Source: a virus
Lineage: Duplodnaviria > Caudoviricetes
IMG/VR virus record: IMGVR_UViG_3300027850_000083
Span: 1-52,479 of that record
Reading direction: 5' to 3' (one strand)
DNA length: 52,479 nucleotides
The notes beneath the pieces were generated by a model, which was not told where the DNA came from, did not search any database, and worked only from the letters and a program-made list of their open reading frames with translations. Below, one piece after another: positions 1 through 7,927 of this stretch (positions within the stretch are counted from its first letter, which is position 1; each line of letters opens with the position of its first letter). A program made the translations under genes and the position numbers.

Positions 1-60
1 TGTCACGATGATATCACATCTGCGAAGAAAGGTGTACCACCACGATGATATCCTTGCTGC

Positions 61-285
61 ATGAACGTCTACGAAGGTGTGGCGCGCCTCTCGAAGATCG
101 ACCGCATGATCTCCGAGTTCGACTCGTTGTGCGATCAGCTCGACATCGACAACGACGCCCGTGCTGGTGTCGCGCGCAAGTTCACGCCGATGATGTGCCG
201 CCAACTCGCCGAGATCACAGGGTGCCCTCCGCCTTCTGACACAACGTGGATGACGTTGTGCGCCGTACTGGCTAGACGATGCTGA
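61..285 (+). CDS. hypothetical protein (74 aa), probably leaderless
   Basis: ATG lies 6 nt after the extended -10 TGATATCCT (46-54); GC-rich third codon positions. Confidence 0.65.
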   Translation: MNVYEGVARLSKIDRMISEFDSLCDQLDIDNDARAGVARKFTPMMCRQLAEITGCPPPSDTTWMTLCAVLARRC

Positions 286-321
286 TACGGTTTCCGTAGC
301 CGCCATCGCGTCGGCTCCTTC

Positions 322-358
322 CGACGAGAGCCCGCCCTTCGGGGCGGGCTTCGTCGTT
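322..358 (+). terminator. GC-rich hairpin with C(UUCG)G loop, probable intrinsic terminator
   Basis: cgacga-g-agcccgccc-ttcg-gggcgggct-tcgtcg just after the stop of 61..285. Confidence 0.65.
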
Positions 359-376
359 GTCAGCTAGCTTCCGCGA

Positions 377-1045
377 ATGCCACCGATCGGGAAGAAGGAT
401 CTCAACGGGCGCGGGCTCGCTCACCCGGCTCCGTACACTCGCTCGATCGTCGAGCTGTTCGGAACGCTGGAACTGAGCGGACGTGTGCTCGACCCGTTCG
501 CCGGGACCGGGCTCATCCACGACCTCGGGCTCGAAGCCGTAGGGGTCGAGATCGAGCCGGAGTGGGCCGAGCTGCGGGAGGGGACCATCATCGGAGATGC
601 CACGCGGCTGCCGTTCCGGGATGTCTGCTTCGACGCTGTGGTCACGTCATGCACCTACGGCAACCGCTACGCCGATCACCACAAGGCGAAGGACGGATCG
701 CTGCGCCGCACGTACACCCACGACCTCGGGCGCGACTTGCACCAGCGCAACACCGGCAAGATGGCCTGGAAGGGTCCGGGCGTTGGGCCGTACTGCGAGC
801 TGCACGAAGAAGCGTGGAGTGAGGTCTGGCGCGTGCTCGCGCGCGACGGCCGCTTCGTGCTGAACATCAAGAACCACATCAAGGCGGGCGTCGAACAGAT
901 GGTCACGGAGTGGCACGCCGAGCTGCTCTCGACGATTGGCTTCAACATGGTCCAGGCGCATCAGGTGTTCACGCCAGGAATGAGAGTCGGAGCCAATCGC
1001 CAACGGGTCCCGTTCGAGTCGGTCCTGGTGTGGCGCAAGCCATGA
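377..1045 (+). CDS. amino (N4C/N6A)-type DNA methyltransferase
   Basis: SAM-binding motif I VLDPFAGTG, GVEIE, GDA, and FDAVVTSCTY where catalytic (S/D/N)PPY is expected; WRVL..GRFVLN. Confidence 0.75.
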   Translation: MPPIGKKDLNGRGLAHPAPYTRSIVELFGTLELSGRVLDPFAGTGLIHDLGLEAVGVEIEPEWAELREGTIIGDATRLPFRDVCFDAVVTSCTYGNRYADHHKAKDGSLRRTYTHDLGRDLHQRNTGKMAWKGPGVGPYCELHEEAWSEVWRVLARDGRFVLNIKNHIKAGVEQMVTEWHAELLSTIGFNMVQAHQVFTPGMRVGANRQRVPFESVLVWRKP

Positions 1046-1050
1046 TGGTG

Positions 1051-1059
1051 TGATATAAT
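1051..1059 (+). promoter_or_regulatory. extended -10 promoter TGATATAAT
   Basis: perfect TGnTATAAT in a high-GC genome, directly upstream of the structured region. Confidence 0.7.
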
Positions 1060-1061
1060 CG

Positions 1062-1460
1062 TGTTGTCGGAGGGGAGAGTCCCCGCCGGGAAGGAGTTCG
1101 CTTGACCAACAGGTGGCCCGGAGACGGGTGAGCCCCGCGAGTCAGGCGGGCGCCCTACGGACCGGAGCACGCGTTCCACCGTGCTGTGACCCCAGGCTCT
1201 GTCCGATCTACCGGTGAGCGTGCCGGTAGCACTCCTCTTGGGCATCCGTGGTGTGGGGGCCGTCTCGGTTTGCTGGTCCGAGCAGCACGAAGTCCAGGAG
1301 ATGACCCGAGAGGGGACAGGCTCGTGGGGCCGAGCGTGCAGCGGCCCGAGCAGGAAACTCCCTGGAGTTCGGATTCGCGGGAGTGTGTGACACGTCGGTC
1401 CGGGGGTGGCGCCCCATCAGTGACGCAGGCGTGAAGCGGCTCTCCCCGCCCGGTGACGGA
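1062..1460 (+). ncRNA. candidate large structured ncRNA (~400 nt), family unknown
   Basis: own promoter; 5'/3' closing stem 1072-1081/1438-1447; nested stems 1148-1164/1396-1414 and 1232-1246/1300-1315; hairpin 1208-1229; crossing helix 1134-1143/1372-1381; no credible CDS. Confidence 0.6.
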
Positions 1461-1523
1461 GTTGAGACCGAGTGGCCGACCAACCACTCGGGAGGCTCGC
1501 TTCGAAACCGGGCTCCTTCGCGA

Positions 1524-1571
1524 AACAACCGCCCAACGAAACGCCCTCGCGCGCGCTCGCGGGCGTACGTT
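1524..1571 (+). promoter_or_regulatory. 19-bp phage motif + 23 nt + -10 (TACGTT)
   Basis: AACAACCGCCCAACGAAAC at 1524-1542, TACGTT at 1566-1571, in-frame GTG 6 nt downstream. Confidence 0.6.
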
Positions 1572-1577
1572 GCGCGC

Positions 1578-2102
1578 GTGCTCGTATACGAGGACTTCGT
1601 CGAAGTAGCTCGACGATCAGCGGGACACTGGTGGGTGAAGCACACGAATCGCGGTCGACGATGGCCGTGGCTCGAACGTGCTGACGCCGAGAGCGAAGCG
1701 TGCGTAGCGCTCGTCAGGATCTGCGAGCTGTATGACGAGACCGTCGTCGTCGACATGCCACCTGAGCCGTTCGTCGCTCAACGGGTGCAGTGGGCGATGA
1801 TCGACTGGCACCGCCTCGTCTATGGCCGTGGTGATTGCCCGCCGCCTCCGCTGCATTTCGATTTCGATCTGTTCGCAGACGGCGGCTGGCTTGTTGATCA
1901 AGAAGTGATCGCCGAGTTCGAGCGGATCGAAGACCATGTCATGCTCGCCCAGATGATCGATGACCTCCCCGAGCGTGAGCGCGTGGTGATGCGTGGGCGC
2001 AGCCGGGGGCTCCGGTTGGCTGACATCGCTGACGACCTCGGGCTCACCGAAGGTCGGATCTGCCAGATCGAGAAGCAAGCGCTCGCTCGGCTCGCCTGCT
2101 AG
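1578..2102 (+). CDS. sigma-70 family RNA polymerase sigma factor (regions 2 and 4)
   Basis: region 2-like DAESEACVALVR..YD..FVAQRVQWAMIDWHR; region 4 HTH LPERERVVM..LRLADIADDLGLTEGRICQIEKQALARL; start re-called at GTG 1578. Confidence 0.8.
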   Translation: MLVYEDFVEVARRSAGHWWVKHTNRGRRWPWLERADAESEACVALVRICELYDETVVVDMPPEPFVAQRVQWAMIDWHRLVYGRGDCPPPPLHFDFDLFADGGWLVDQEVIAEFERIEDHVMLAQMIDDLPERERVVMRGRSRGLRLADIADDLGLTEGRICQIEKQALARLAC

Positions 2103-2160
2103 AAACGCGTTCCAAGGAACAGCTCGGGCACGGACGCCCTCTCAACCGGAGGCGTCCTTC

Positions 2161-2868
2161 ATGCCCATCGGGGCGCATCAGCCTGTCGGCAACGCAGCGC
2201 AAGGTGGTTGCCGACCGGGTGCGACGGCACTTCACCAATACATCATCGATCGGTGGGGTGCAGGCGTTGGCAGCTTCGGGTGCTACAACCCGAACAGCCG
2301 CGCCGGATCGGGCTGGTCGCTGCACCGCGAAGGCCGTGCGATCGACGTGAGCATCGCCTCCTGGGCGAAGCAGAAAGGCGACCAGATCTTCACCTGGTGC
2401 GTCGCCAACGCCGATCACCTCGGACTGCAAGAGATCCAGTGGTCCGGGCGGATCTGGACGTCACGCAGGAATCAAGAAGGCATTCGCATTGACACGAGCG
2501 CGGCACGCGGCCTGCACTTCGACCACATCCACGTCGGACTCGCGTACGGCAATTCGTTCATCCCACCCGGCGGTGGCGGCATCCCCGGTGGTGGCAGCAC
2601 GCCCCCACCCTCACAAGGAGCAGAGGACTTGGCACAAGTACCGCAAGCGGAGTGGGACGAGATCCGGAACAAGGTGCGCGAGATCGACAACACCATGCAC
2701 AACAACGTCTACGGCGTGGCGATGAAGACGAACTCCATCGAGACGCTCGCGATGACCCGCAAGATCCGCGACGCGATCTTCAACAACACCTTCGGCGTGG
2801 CGCTCCAGAACATCACCATCGACACGTGGACCAAGGTCGGCGCGATGTTCGCACGAATGAAGGCTTGA
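2161..2868 (+). CDS. M15/DD-peptidase-fold Zn peptidase, probable endolysin
   Basis: SLHREGRAIDV and HFDHIHV zinc motifs, Gly/Pro linker, short C-terminal repeats (NNVYGVA/NNTFGVA). Confidence 0.7.
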   Translation: MPIGAHQPVGNAAQGGCRPGATALHQYIIDRWGAGVGSFGCYNPNSRAGSGWSLHREGRAIDVSIASWAKQKGDQIFTWCVANADHLGLQEIQWSGRIWTSRRNQEGIRIDTSAARGLHFDHIHVGLAYGNSFIPPGGGGIPGGGSTPPPSQGAEDLAQVPQAEWDEIRNKVREIDNTMHNNVYGVAMKTNSIETLAMTRKIRDAIFNNTFGVALQNITIDTWTKVGAMFARMKA

Positions 2869-2921
2869 GATATGATCGTTTCAACGCTGCGTTCGGGGTT
2901 CTCCCGATCGTGAGCCTCCTG

Positions 2922-2951
2922 GCAGCCGGGGACCCCGCCCTCCCCGGCTGC
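2922..2951 (+). terminator. stem-loop (terminator or leader hairpin)
   Basis: gcagccgggga-ccccgccc-tccccggctgc, 11-bp perfect stem. Confidence 0.5.
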
Positions 2952-2973
2952 TTCCGCGCCCAAAGGAGTTTCG

Positions 2974-3249
2974 ATGGCTGATGACCTTTCCGCCCAGCAG
3001 ATGACACCGGGGATGCTGATCGCACCAACGGACATGGCGTTCGGTGGTGGCGTGGTCTCTCCGCCCGACCAGCCGCCACTGATCAACCTACGCATCGAGA
3101 CGCCGAACGGCAGCTTCGCCTTCTTCTTCTCGGTCGAGATGGCGAGCCGGATGCGCCAGATGCTCGACGACATGCTGGTCGCCGCAGGCGGGCTCACGAT
3201 TCCGTCGTTGGTGCTCCCACCGGATGCAGGACGGCCCAACGGAAGCTAG
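2974..3249 (+). CDS. hypothetical protein
   Basis: AAGGAG RBS upstream of ATG; typical codon usage. Confidence 0.7.
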   Translation: MADDLSAQQMTPGMLIAPTDMAFGGGVVSPPDQPPLINLRIETPNGSFAFFFSVEMASRMRQMLDDMLVAAGGLTIPSLVLPPDAGRPNGS

Positions 3250-3289
3250 GAGCGGCGGCGACCTCTGATCCCCGGTATCCTCGACTGAC

Positions 3290-3703
3290 ATGCAGGCGAT
3301 CGAGCAACCAACGCTGCGCAAGGCTCGGGAGCGATTGACCGAGATCGTGCCGGACGCGGTCGAGACGCTCGCCACACTGCTTGATGACGCTGATTCGAAG
3401 GTCCGCCTTGGAGCGGCGAAGGAAGTGCTGGATCGTGGCGGACTCCCGGCACGCATGGAGTTCGAGGCAACGCTCGACACGGCCGGGCTCGACGACGCCA
3501 TCGCGGGGCTCATCCTCAAGCTGGAGCGCAAGGGCACGATGCGACTCCTGCCAGACCTCGCTCCCGAGGAAGACGTCATCGACGCCGAGGTCATCGAGGA
3601 AGCAACGCTGGTCGTCGAGCCCCGTTCCCCGGAACTTCCACTCCCCGGTCTCGGTGACCTCGGGCACCCCAACGGCACCGGGAACGGCAACGGTCATGGC
3701 TGA
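3290..3703 (+). CDS. putative terminase small subunit-like protein
   Basis: helical motif DAVETLATLL..VRLGAAKEVLDRGG resembling many phage TerS-like proteins; TATCCT -10 box 8 nt upstream. Confidence 0.5.
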   Translation: MQAIEQPTLRKARERLTEIVPDAVETLATLLDDADSKVRLGAAKEVLDRGGLPARMEFEATLDTAGLDDAIAGLILKLERKGTMRLLPDLAPEEDVIDAEVIEEATLVVEPRSPELPLPGLGDLGHPNGTGNGNGHG

Positions 3704-4025
3704 TCACCACTACACGACGCGTGACGGCATCATGTTCGTCGCCGGGGTGCTGCTCGTTGTAGCGATCGTGCTCGCGTTCACGTCGTCCTGGCTGTTGGCG
3801 TTGATCCCGGTCCTCGCGTGCGCGGGGGCGCTCGCGGGCGCTCCGTACGTGCGCTCTCGCGTGCCTGGCCGCAAGGCGAAGGGTGTCGTCTGGTTGCTCC
3901 CGCCGACGGGCTATGGCGAAGACGACGCGACCGAAGAGGAGCCCGAGTTGATCGAGCCCCTCCCCGCTTCGATGGTGATTGGTGACGGGCTGTTCAAGCC
4001 CGACGAACGATCATTGCCTTCGTAG
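3696..4025 (+). CDS. membrane protein (2 predicted TM helices)
   Basis: start re-called at ATG 3696 overlapping the previous gene; two hydrophobic stretches. Confidence 0.6.
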   Translation: MADHHYTTRDGIMFVAGVLLVVAIVLAFTSSWLLALIPVLACAGALAGAPYVRSRVPGRKAKGVVWLLPPTGYGEDDATEEEPELIEPLPASMVIGDGLFKPDERSLPS

Positions 4026-4923
4026 GCCGCTTACCGAAGCCGAAGAACTCGTCGTCTCGGCTGCGGATGATGTCGGCGTTGAAGCTGATCGTGTCACCGA
4101 CTTCGGCGTCGGCGATGGCGTTGGGCTTGGTGAGCCAGACCCGCCAGCCACCCTCACCTTCGACCAGCATCTTGAACTGGATCCCGTAGTCGCTGTCCTG
4201 GGTCTTGAGTGACTTGATCACACCGACCACCAGAAGGCGCTTGCCCTCGGGGAGCGGAACCTTCGGAGTTGCGTTCAGCTCCCGCACGAAACGCTCTGCC
4301 TCCTTCTCACCGTCACGCTCGAACGCACGAGCGATGGCGTCGATCTGGCGGTCGGAGATGGAACCGTATCGCTCCAGCTTCCAACCGACATCCCGCACGA
4401 AGCCGTCGGAGAAGTGGCGAGTCCCGTTCTCGTACTCAACCTCGTACGCTGCGAAGAACTCACCGACACCGGGGCGCTCAGCGAGAAAGGCGACCTTCTC
4501 CTCGGCGATGCGCTTGCGCTCCATCGCCGTTGCGTACGCCTTCGCCAGCTTGTTCTGAGCGAGCGTGCGCTTGTCGGTGACACCGAAGTAGGTCCCGGCG
4601 CAAACCTGACCGATGTGCCAGGCGAGTCCATCGAGAGCGATGGCGACTGCCCCGTGGTTGAAGCGCGCCCCGCAGTGATCACAGGTGCGCTTGGCAACGT
4701 CGGCGTAGCGGCCGTCGTACCAACCGGCAGGAACAGGAGCGCCAACAGTGACGAATCGCTCAGCGTCAATGCCACGCTCGACGAGCGCCGCTTCGAGAGC
4801 GCGCTCTTCGGGTGCGTAGATCTTGGCCCACTCGTCGGAGCCGCCATCGTAGAAGTAGCCGATGACGTTCCAGTCAGCAGGATCGAAGTCTGCGATGTGT
4901 CGGCTGAGTTGGTTCACGGTCAT
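3994..4923 (-). CDS. hypothetical protein with Zn-finger-like (CDHC..C) motif and possible OB-fold C-terminus
   Basis: 309 aa; AAGGAAGGGAAG RBS and own TGATATAAT promoter on the - strand; the only convincing - strand gene. Confidence 0.75.
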   Translation of the reverse strand: MTVNQLSRHIADFDPADWNVIGYFYDGGSDEWAKIYAPEERALEAALVERGIDAERFVTVGAPVPAGWYDGRYADVAKRTCDHCGARFNHGAVAIALDGLAWHIGQVCAGTYFGVTDKRTLAQNKLAKAYATAMERKRIAEEKVAFLAERPGVGEFFAAYEVEYENGTRHFSDGFVRDVGWKLERYGSISDRQIDAIARAFERDGEKEAERFVRELNATPKVPLPEGKRLLVVGVIKSLKTQDSDYGIQFKMLVEGEGGWRVWLTKPNAIADAEVGDTISFNADIIRSRDDEFFGFGKRPTKAMIVRRA

Positions 4924-4947
4924 CTTCCCTTCCTTGGCTACGTACTT

Positions 4948-4999
4948 ATTATATCACATCAGCAAAGCGCCCGCACACCCTTTGTTCGTATGATATAAT
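4948..4999. promoter_or_regulatory. divergent pair of extended -10 promoters
   Basis: TGATATAAT on - strand (4948-4956) and on + strand (4991-4999); + strand ATG 6 nt downstream (leaderless). Confidence 0.75.
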
Positions 5000-5005
5000 G
5001 AAGAC

Positions 5006-5245
5006 ATGACTCAGGAACCCACCTTCGACGAACGAGTCGAACGACTCGTCCCGCTGACGGCTTACGGACCGACTTACAACCGGTTGGTGCGTGAGTCGCT
5101 GCTCGACGCGAAGCGTGAGCAGGACCGCGACAACGAGCAGTACGCCGAGCGGTGGCTGCTCAAGGCAGAGATGCACGCGAAGGTCATCACGTTCGAGGAG
5201 TACCAGGTACTCATCGCACAACGAGTAGAAGGGAAGCTGTTGTGA
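5006..5245 (+). CDS. hypothetical protein
   Basis: leaderless start; stop overlaps the next start (GTGA). Confidence 0.7.
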   Translation: MTQEPTFDERVERLVPLTAYGPTYNRLVRESLLDAKREQDRDNEQYAERWLLKAEMHAKVITFEEYQVLIAQRVEGKLL

Positions 5246-5421
5246 TCGACGAAGAGCGTTGCCCCGACTGCGGGAGCGACAAGGAGTACGTCGAGTTCGA
5301 TTCTGATCGCGAAGGCATCGTCGGCTTTGCCCGATGCAGCGCGTGCGGCGAGACCACGGTCGAAGGATCGCAGGTGTGGGCCGAGTGGCTCAAGGGTCAG
5401 CGCCCGTGGCAGGAAGCGTGA
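5242..5421 (+). CDS. small zinc-ribbon protein
   Basis: CPDC...CSAC; GTGA coupling at both ends. Confidence 0.65.
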   Translation: MIDEERCPDCGSDKEYVEFDSDREGIVGFARCSACGETTVEGSQVWAEWLKGQRPWQEA

Positions 5422-5801
5422 GCACCACGTCGGTGTATCCCGCCGAAGACACTGTGTTCGCCAAGAAGATGCGCGGGCGCGACGTCGGAATGTCGATGCG
5501 TGATTCGACTGAGTTGATCCATCGCTACGTCCCCGACTACACCGTGCGGCGCACCTCGGGAGCGTTCGCCGCAGCGGGCTGGTGCAACTACAAGAAGAAG
5601 ATCATCAGCTTGCCGCGTGATGCAGGACTGCCGTACGTGTTGCACGAACTCGCTCACGCTCTTGCTCGGGAGCACGGTCACGGGCTCGCGTTCCAGAACG
5701 CGTACATCGATCTCGTCGCCAAGGAGATGAGCCCGTGGTGGGCTCGACGCCTGCGCGCATCGTTCATCAAGCACAAGACGAAGGGATACAAGTCACTGTG
5801 A
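5418..5801 (+). CDS. SprT-like/zincin metalloprotease domain protein
   Basis: VLHELAHAL..HGHG..F motif. Confidence 0.7.
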   Translation: MSTTSVYPAEDTVFAKKMRGRDVGMSMRDSTELIHRYVPDYTVRRTSGAFAAAGWCNYKKKIISLPRDAGLPYVLHELAHALAREHGHGLAFQNAYIDLVAKEMSPWWARRLRASFIKHKTKGYKSL

Positions 5802-6121
5802 AGGCGCTCACGATCACGCTCGAAGGCGTCGGTTCCATCCGCAACGGGGACTCCGTGCGCGTGCGCCCGCGCAAGGCTCGCGGGCGAGACGGCTTCACCG
5901 GGATCTTCCGAGGTGCTGTTCTTGACGACGCCGGTTCAGTACGGTGGCTCGAAGTCTTCGGCGGGCGCAACGGTGGATTCAACGCCGTGACCCCTGAGCG
6001 AATCGAGTGGGCCACCAGTGCAGGACGAGATCACGGTACTGACGCCGACGTTGCCCGACCGGAAGGATCTGCTGGAGCAAGCAAGAGAGTCCGTCGCCGT
6101 TCAGCTTCACGCCGCCGCTGA
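5798..6121 (+). CDS. hypothetical protein
   Basis: GTGA-coupled start; 3' end overlaps the next gene by ~100 nt. Confidence 0.5.
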   Translation: MKALTITLEGVGSIRNGDSVRVRPRKARGRDGFTGIFRGAVLDDAGSVRWLEVFGGRNGGFNAVTPERIEWATSAGRDHGTDADVARPEGSAGASKRVRRRSASRRR

Positions 6122-6551
6122 CCACGTCGTCATCACCGACGACGTCCAGGCAGGACCGGCGAAGACCCGCAACGCGGGGCTGGAGCACGTCTCCACACCG
6201 TGGACGGCGTTCCTCGACGACGACGACCTCATGGATCGTGGGCACCTCAAGCTGCTGATCGCTGAGGCCGAACGCTCCGAGGCGACCGTCGTTTGGAGCT
6301 GGTGCCGCCGCATCGACGGCGGGCCGGAGATTCCTCGGGCAGCGTTCTTCGATCCGATCGAGCTGCGCCAGGACAACTTCATCCCGATCACCGTGCTCGC
6401 TCAGACGGACGCTGTGCGCGCGGTTGGTGGGTTCGACCCAACGGCCGAACACGAAGATCACGATCTCTGGCTGCGGATGCTGGACAACGGGGCTAGGTTC
6501 AGCGTTGTACGGGCCGTGACATGGAGCTATCGGGGCCGGGAGAACGAGTGA
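6018..6551 (+). CDS. glycosyltransferase family 2
   Basis: ITVLTPT, RNAGL, WTAFLDDDD, VGGFD, HEDHDLWLRM. Confidence 0.85.
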   Translation: MQDEITVLTPTLPDRKDLLEQARESVAVQLHAAADHVVITDDVQAGPAKTRNAGLEHVSTPWTAFLDDDDLMDRGHLKLLIAEAERSEATVVWSWCRRIDGGPEIPRAAFFDPIELRQDNFIPITVLAQTDAVRAVGGFDPTAEHEDHDLWLRMLDNGARFSVVRAVTWSYRGRENE

Positions 6552-6817
6552 CGCCGTGGATCATGCTGGCTGTGGCAGCCGCTGTGCTGATCTTCCTCTT
6601 CCTCGTACTCGCGATGTTGCACACGTCGAAGGGCGCCGATGATCGAGTACGACGACTGCGACCCCCTTCCGATTTCGGTGTGCGTGCCCACCATCCAAGC
6701 CAGGGCGGACCGCTTGCTTCGCCGGGCGATCGAGAGCGTGCTGACCCAGCAGCGGCTACCGGCCCAGATCGTGGTGGTCCCGGATCGGGATCGCATGGGA
6801 GCGGGCCACACCCGTAA
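6548..6817 (+). CDS. possible small membrane protein
   Basis: GTGA-coupled start and a strong N-terminal TM helix, but long overlap with 6639..7262. Confidence 0.35.
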   Translation: MTPWIMLAVAAAVLIFLFLVLAMLHTSKGADDRVRRLRPPSDFGVRAHHPSQGGPLASPGDRERADPAAATGPDRGGPGSGSHGSGPHP

Positions 6818-7262
6818 CCGCTCCATCGATCTTGCTGATCAGGAGTGGACGGCGTTCCTCGACGACGACGACCTGCTGTACCCGATGCATTTGCGCGTGC
6901 TCTACGAGTGCGCGATGGAGTCGGGCGCCGACATCGTCTACCCGTGGTTCGACTGCACCGCTCCGTTGATGATCGAGCGTCACTTCCCCGACCGTGAGTT
7001 CGAGGTCTGGGACAACGACTATCCGCAGATCATCCCGGTCACCGCTCTGGTGCGTTCCGAGTTCGCCAAGCAGGCGCGCTTCGGCGTCGTCACGCGCGAG
7101 AGCATCAAGGACGGAAGCTGGGATGGTGATGACTGGCCGTTCTGGCGTGACTGCATGAAGCTCGGAGCGAAGATCGTTCACCTCCCGCTGCGCACTTGGC
7201 TTTGGGTCCATCACTACGATCGAACCGGATCGAACACGTCCGGGCTCCCCTGGCGGTGGTAG
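6639..7262 (+). CDS. glycosyltransferase family 2 (paralog of 6018..6551)
   Basis: ISVCVPT, AIESVLTQ, TRN, WTAFLDDDD, DDWPFW. Confidence 0.85.
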   Translation: MIEYDDCDPLPISVCVPTIQARADRLLRRAIESVLTQQRLPAQIVVVPDRDRMGAGHTRNRSIDLADQEWTAFLDDDDLLYPMHLRVLYECAMESGADIVYPWFDCTAPLMIERHFPDREFEVWDNDYPQIIPVTALVRSEFAKQARFGVVTRESIKDGSWDGDDWPFWRDCMKLGAKIVHLPLRTWLWVHHYDRTGSNTSGLPWRW

Positions 7263-7273
7263 GAAACACTTTC

Positions 7274-7927
7274 GTGATCTCAATCGTGTTTCCCTATCGA
7301 TCCGACGGCGGAGAGCGTGACCGCATCCTGACCTGGGTCGAAGCGCGCTACCGACACCAGCTCCCCGATGCGGAGATCGTCTACGGCTGCGACCACGGCG
7401 ATCCGCAGTTCAACCGAGGCCAAGCCATCAACGACGGCGTCGAACAGTCGACCGGCGACATCTTGGTGATCAGCGACATCGACGTCTTCGTGCGCACGGT
7501 GAACATGCGAGGAGCCATCCAAGTCGCAGCTCGGGACATCGACAACGCCTGGGTGATCCCGTGGTCGACGTTCTACGTGCTGACCAAACCAGCGAGTGAG
7601 CACGTTCGCTACGCCAACCCCGTCGATGACATCTTGGTCGAGAACCTCGACTGGGAAGACCGTCTTCCGCCCGTTCCTCAAGGCATGTTCGTGGTCGGGC
7701 GATCGGCGTTCGAGCGTACTGGCGGCATGGACGAAGGCTTCATCGGATGGGGGTTTGAAGACAACGCGTTCGCTCACGCAGCGCGCAACACAGCGAAGCT
7801 ACGCCTCTCGACACTGCCGGGCGGGTGTGGGCACATCTGGCATCCACGCACGGTCAACGATGGGTTCAGTCAGCCCAACATCGATCACAATCGTCAACGC
7901 TGGGAGACACTCAGATGCGGGTCTTAG
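7274..7927 (+). CDS. GT-A glycosyltransferase with GT7-like (galactosyltransferase) C-terminus
   Basis: IVFPYR, FNRGQAINDG, SDID, GGMDEGFIGWGFED, HIWH. Confidence 0.85.
   Translation: MISIVFPYRSDGGERDRILTWVEARYRHQLPDAEIVYGCDHGDPQFNRGQAINDGVEQSTGDILVISDIDVFVRTVNMRGAIQVAARDIDNAWVIPWSTFYVLTKPASEHVRYANPVDDILVENLDWEDRLPPVPQGMFVVGRSAFERTGGMDEGFIGWGFEDNAFAHAARNTAKLRLSTLPGGCGHIWHPRTVNDGFSQPNIDHNRQRWETLRCGS

Noticed and set aside
1062-1460. Group I intron, RNase P RNA, or coding by ORFs 1155..1487, 1186..1434 and 1208..1756
   Set aside because: It does not interrupt a gene, conserved catalytic-core sequences were not found, and the ORFs are Arg/Pro/Gly-rich with no motifs
1490-1520. tRNA or tmRNA 3' end (TTCGAAA loop)
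   Set aside because: Only a lone hairpin; no cloverleaf or CCA end could be built
1383-1577. N-terminal extension of the sigma factor given by the ORF track
   Set aside because: Low-complexity sequence overlapping the structured RNA and promoter; GTG 1578 fits a leaderless start
2101-2135. Further copy of the 19-bp promoter motif before the endolysin
   Set aside because: Only a partial match (AGGAACAGCTCGG) and no -10 hexamer at the 23-nt spacing
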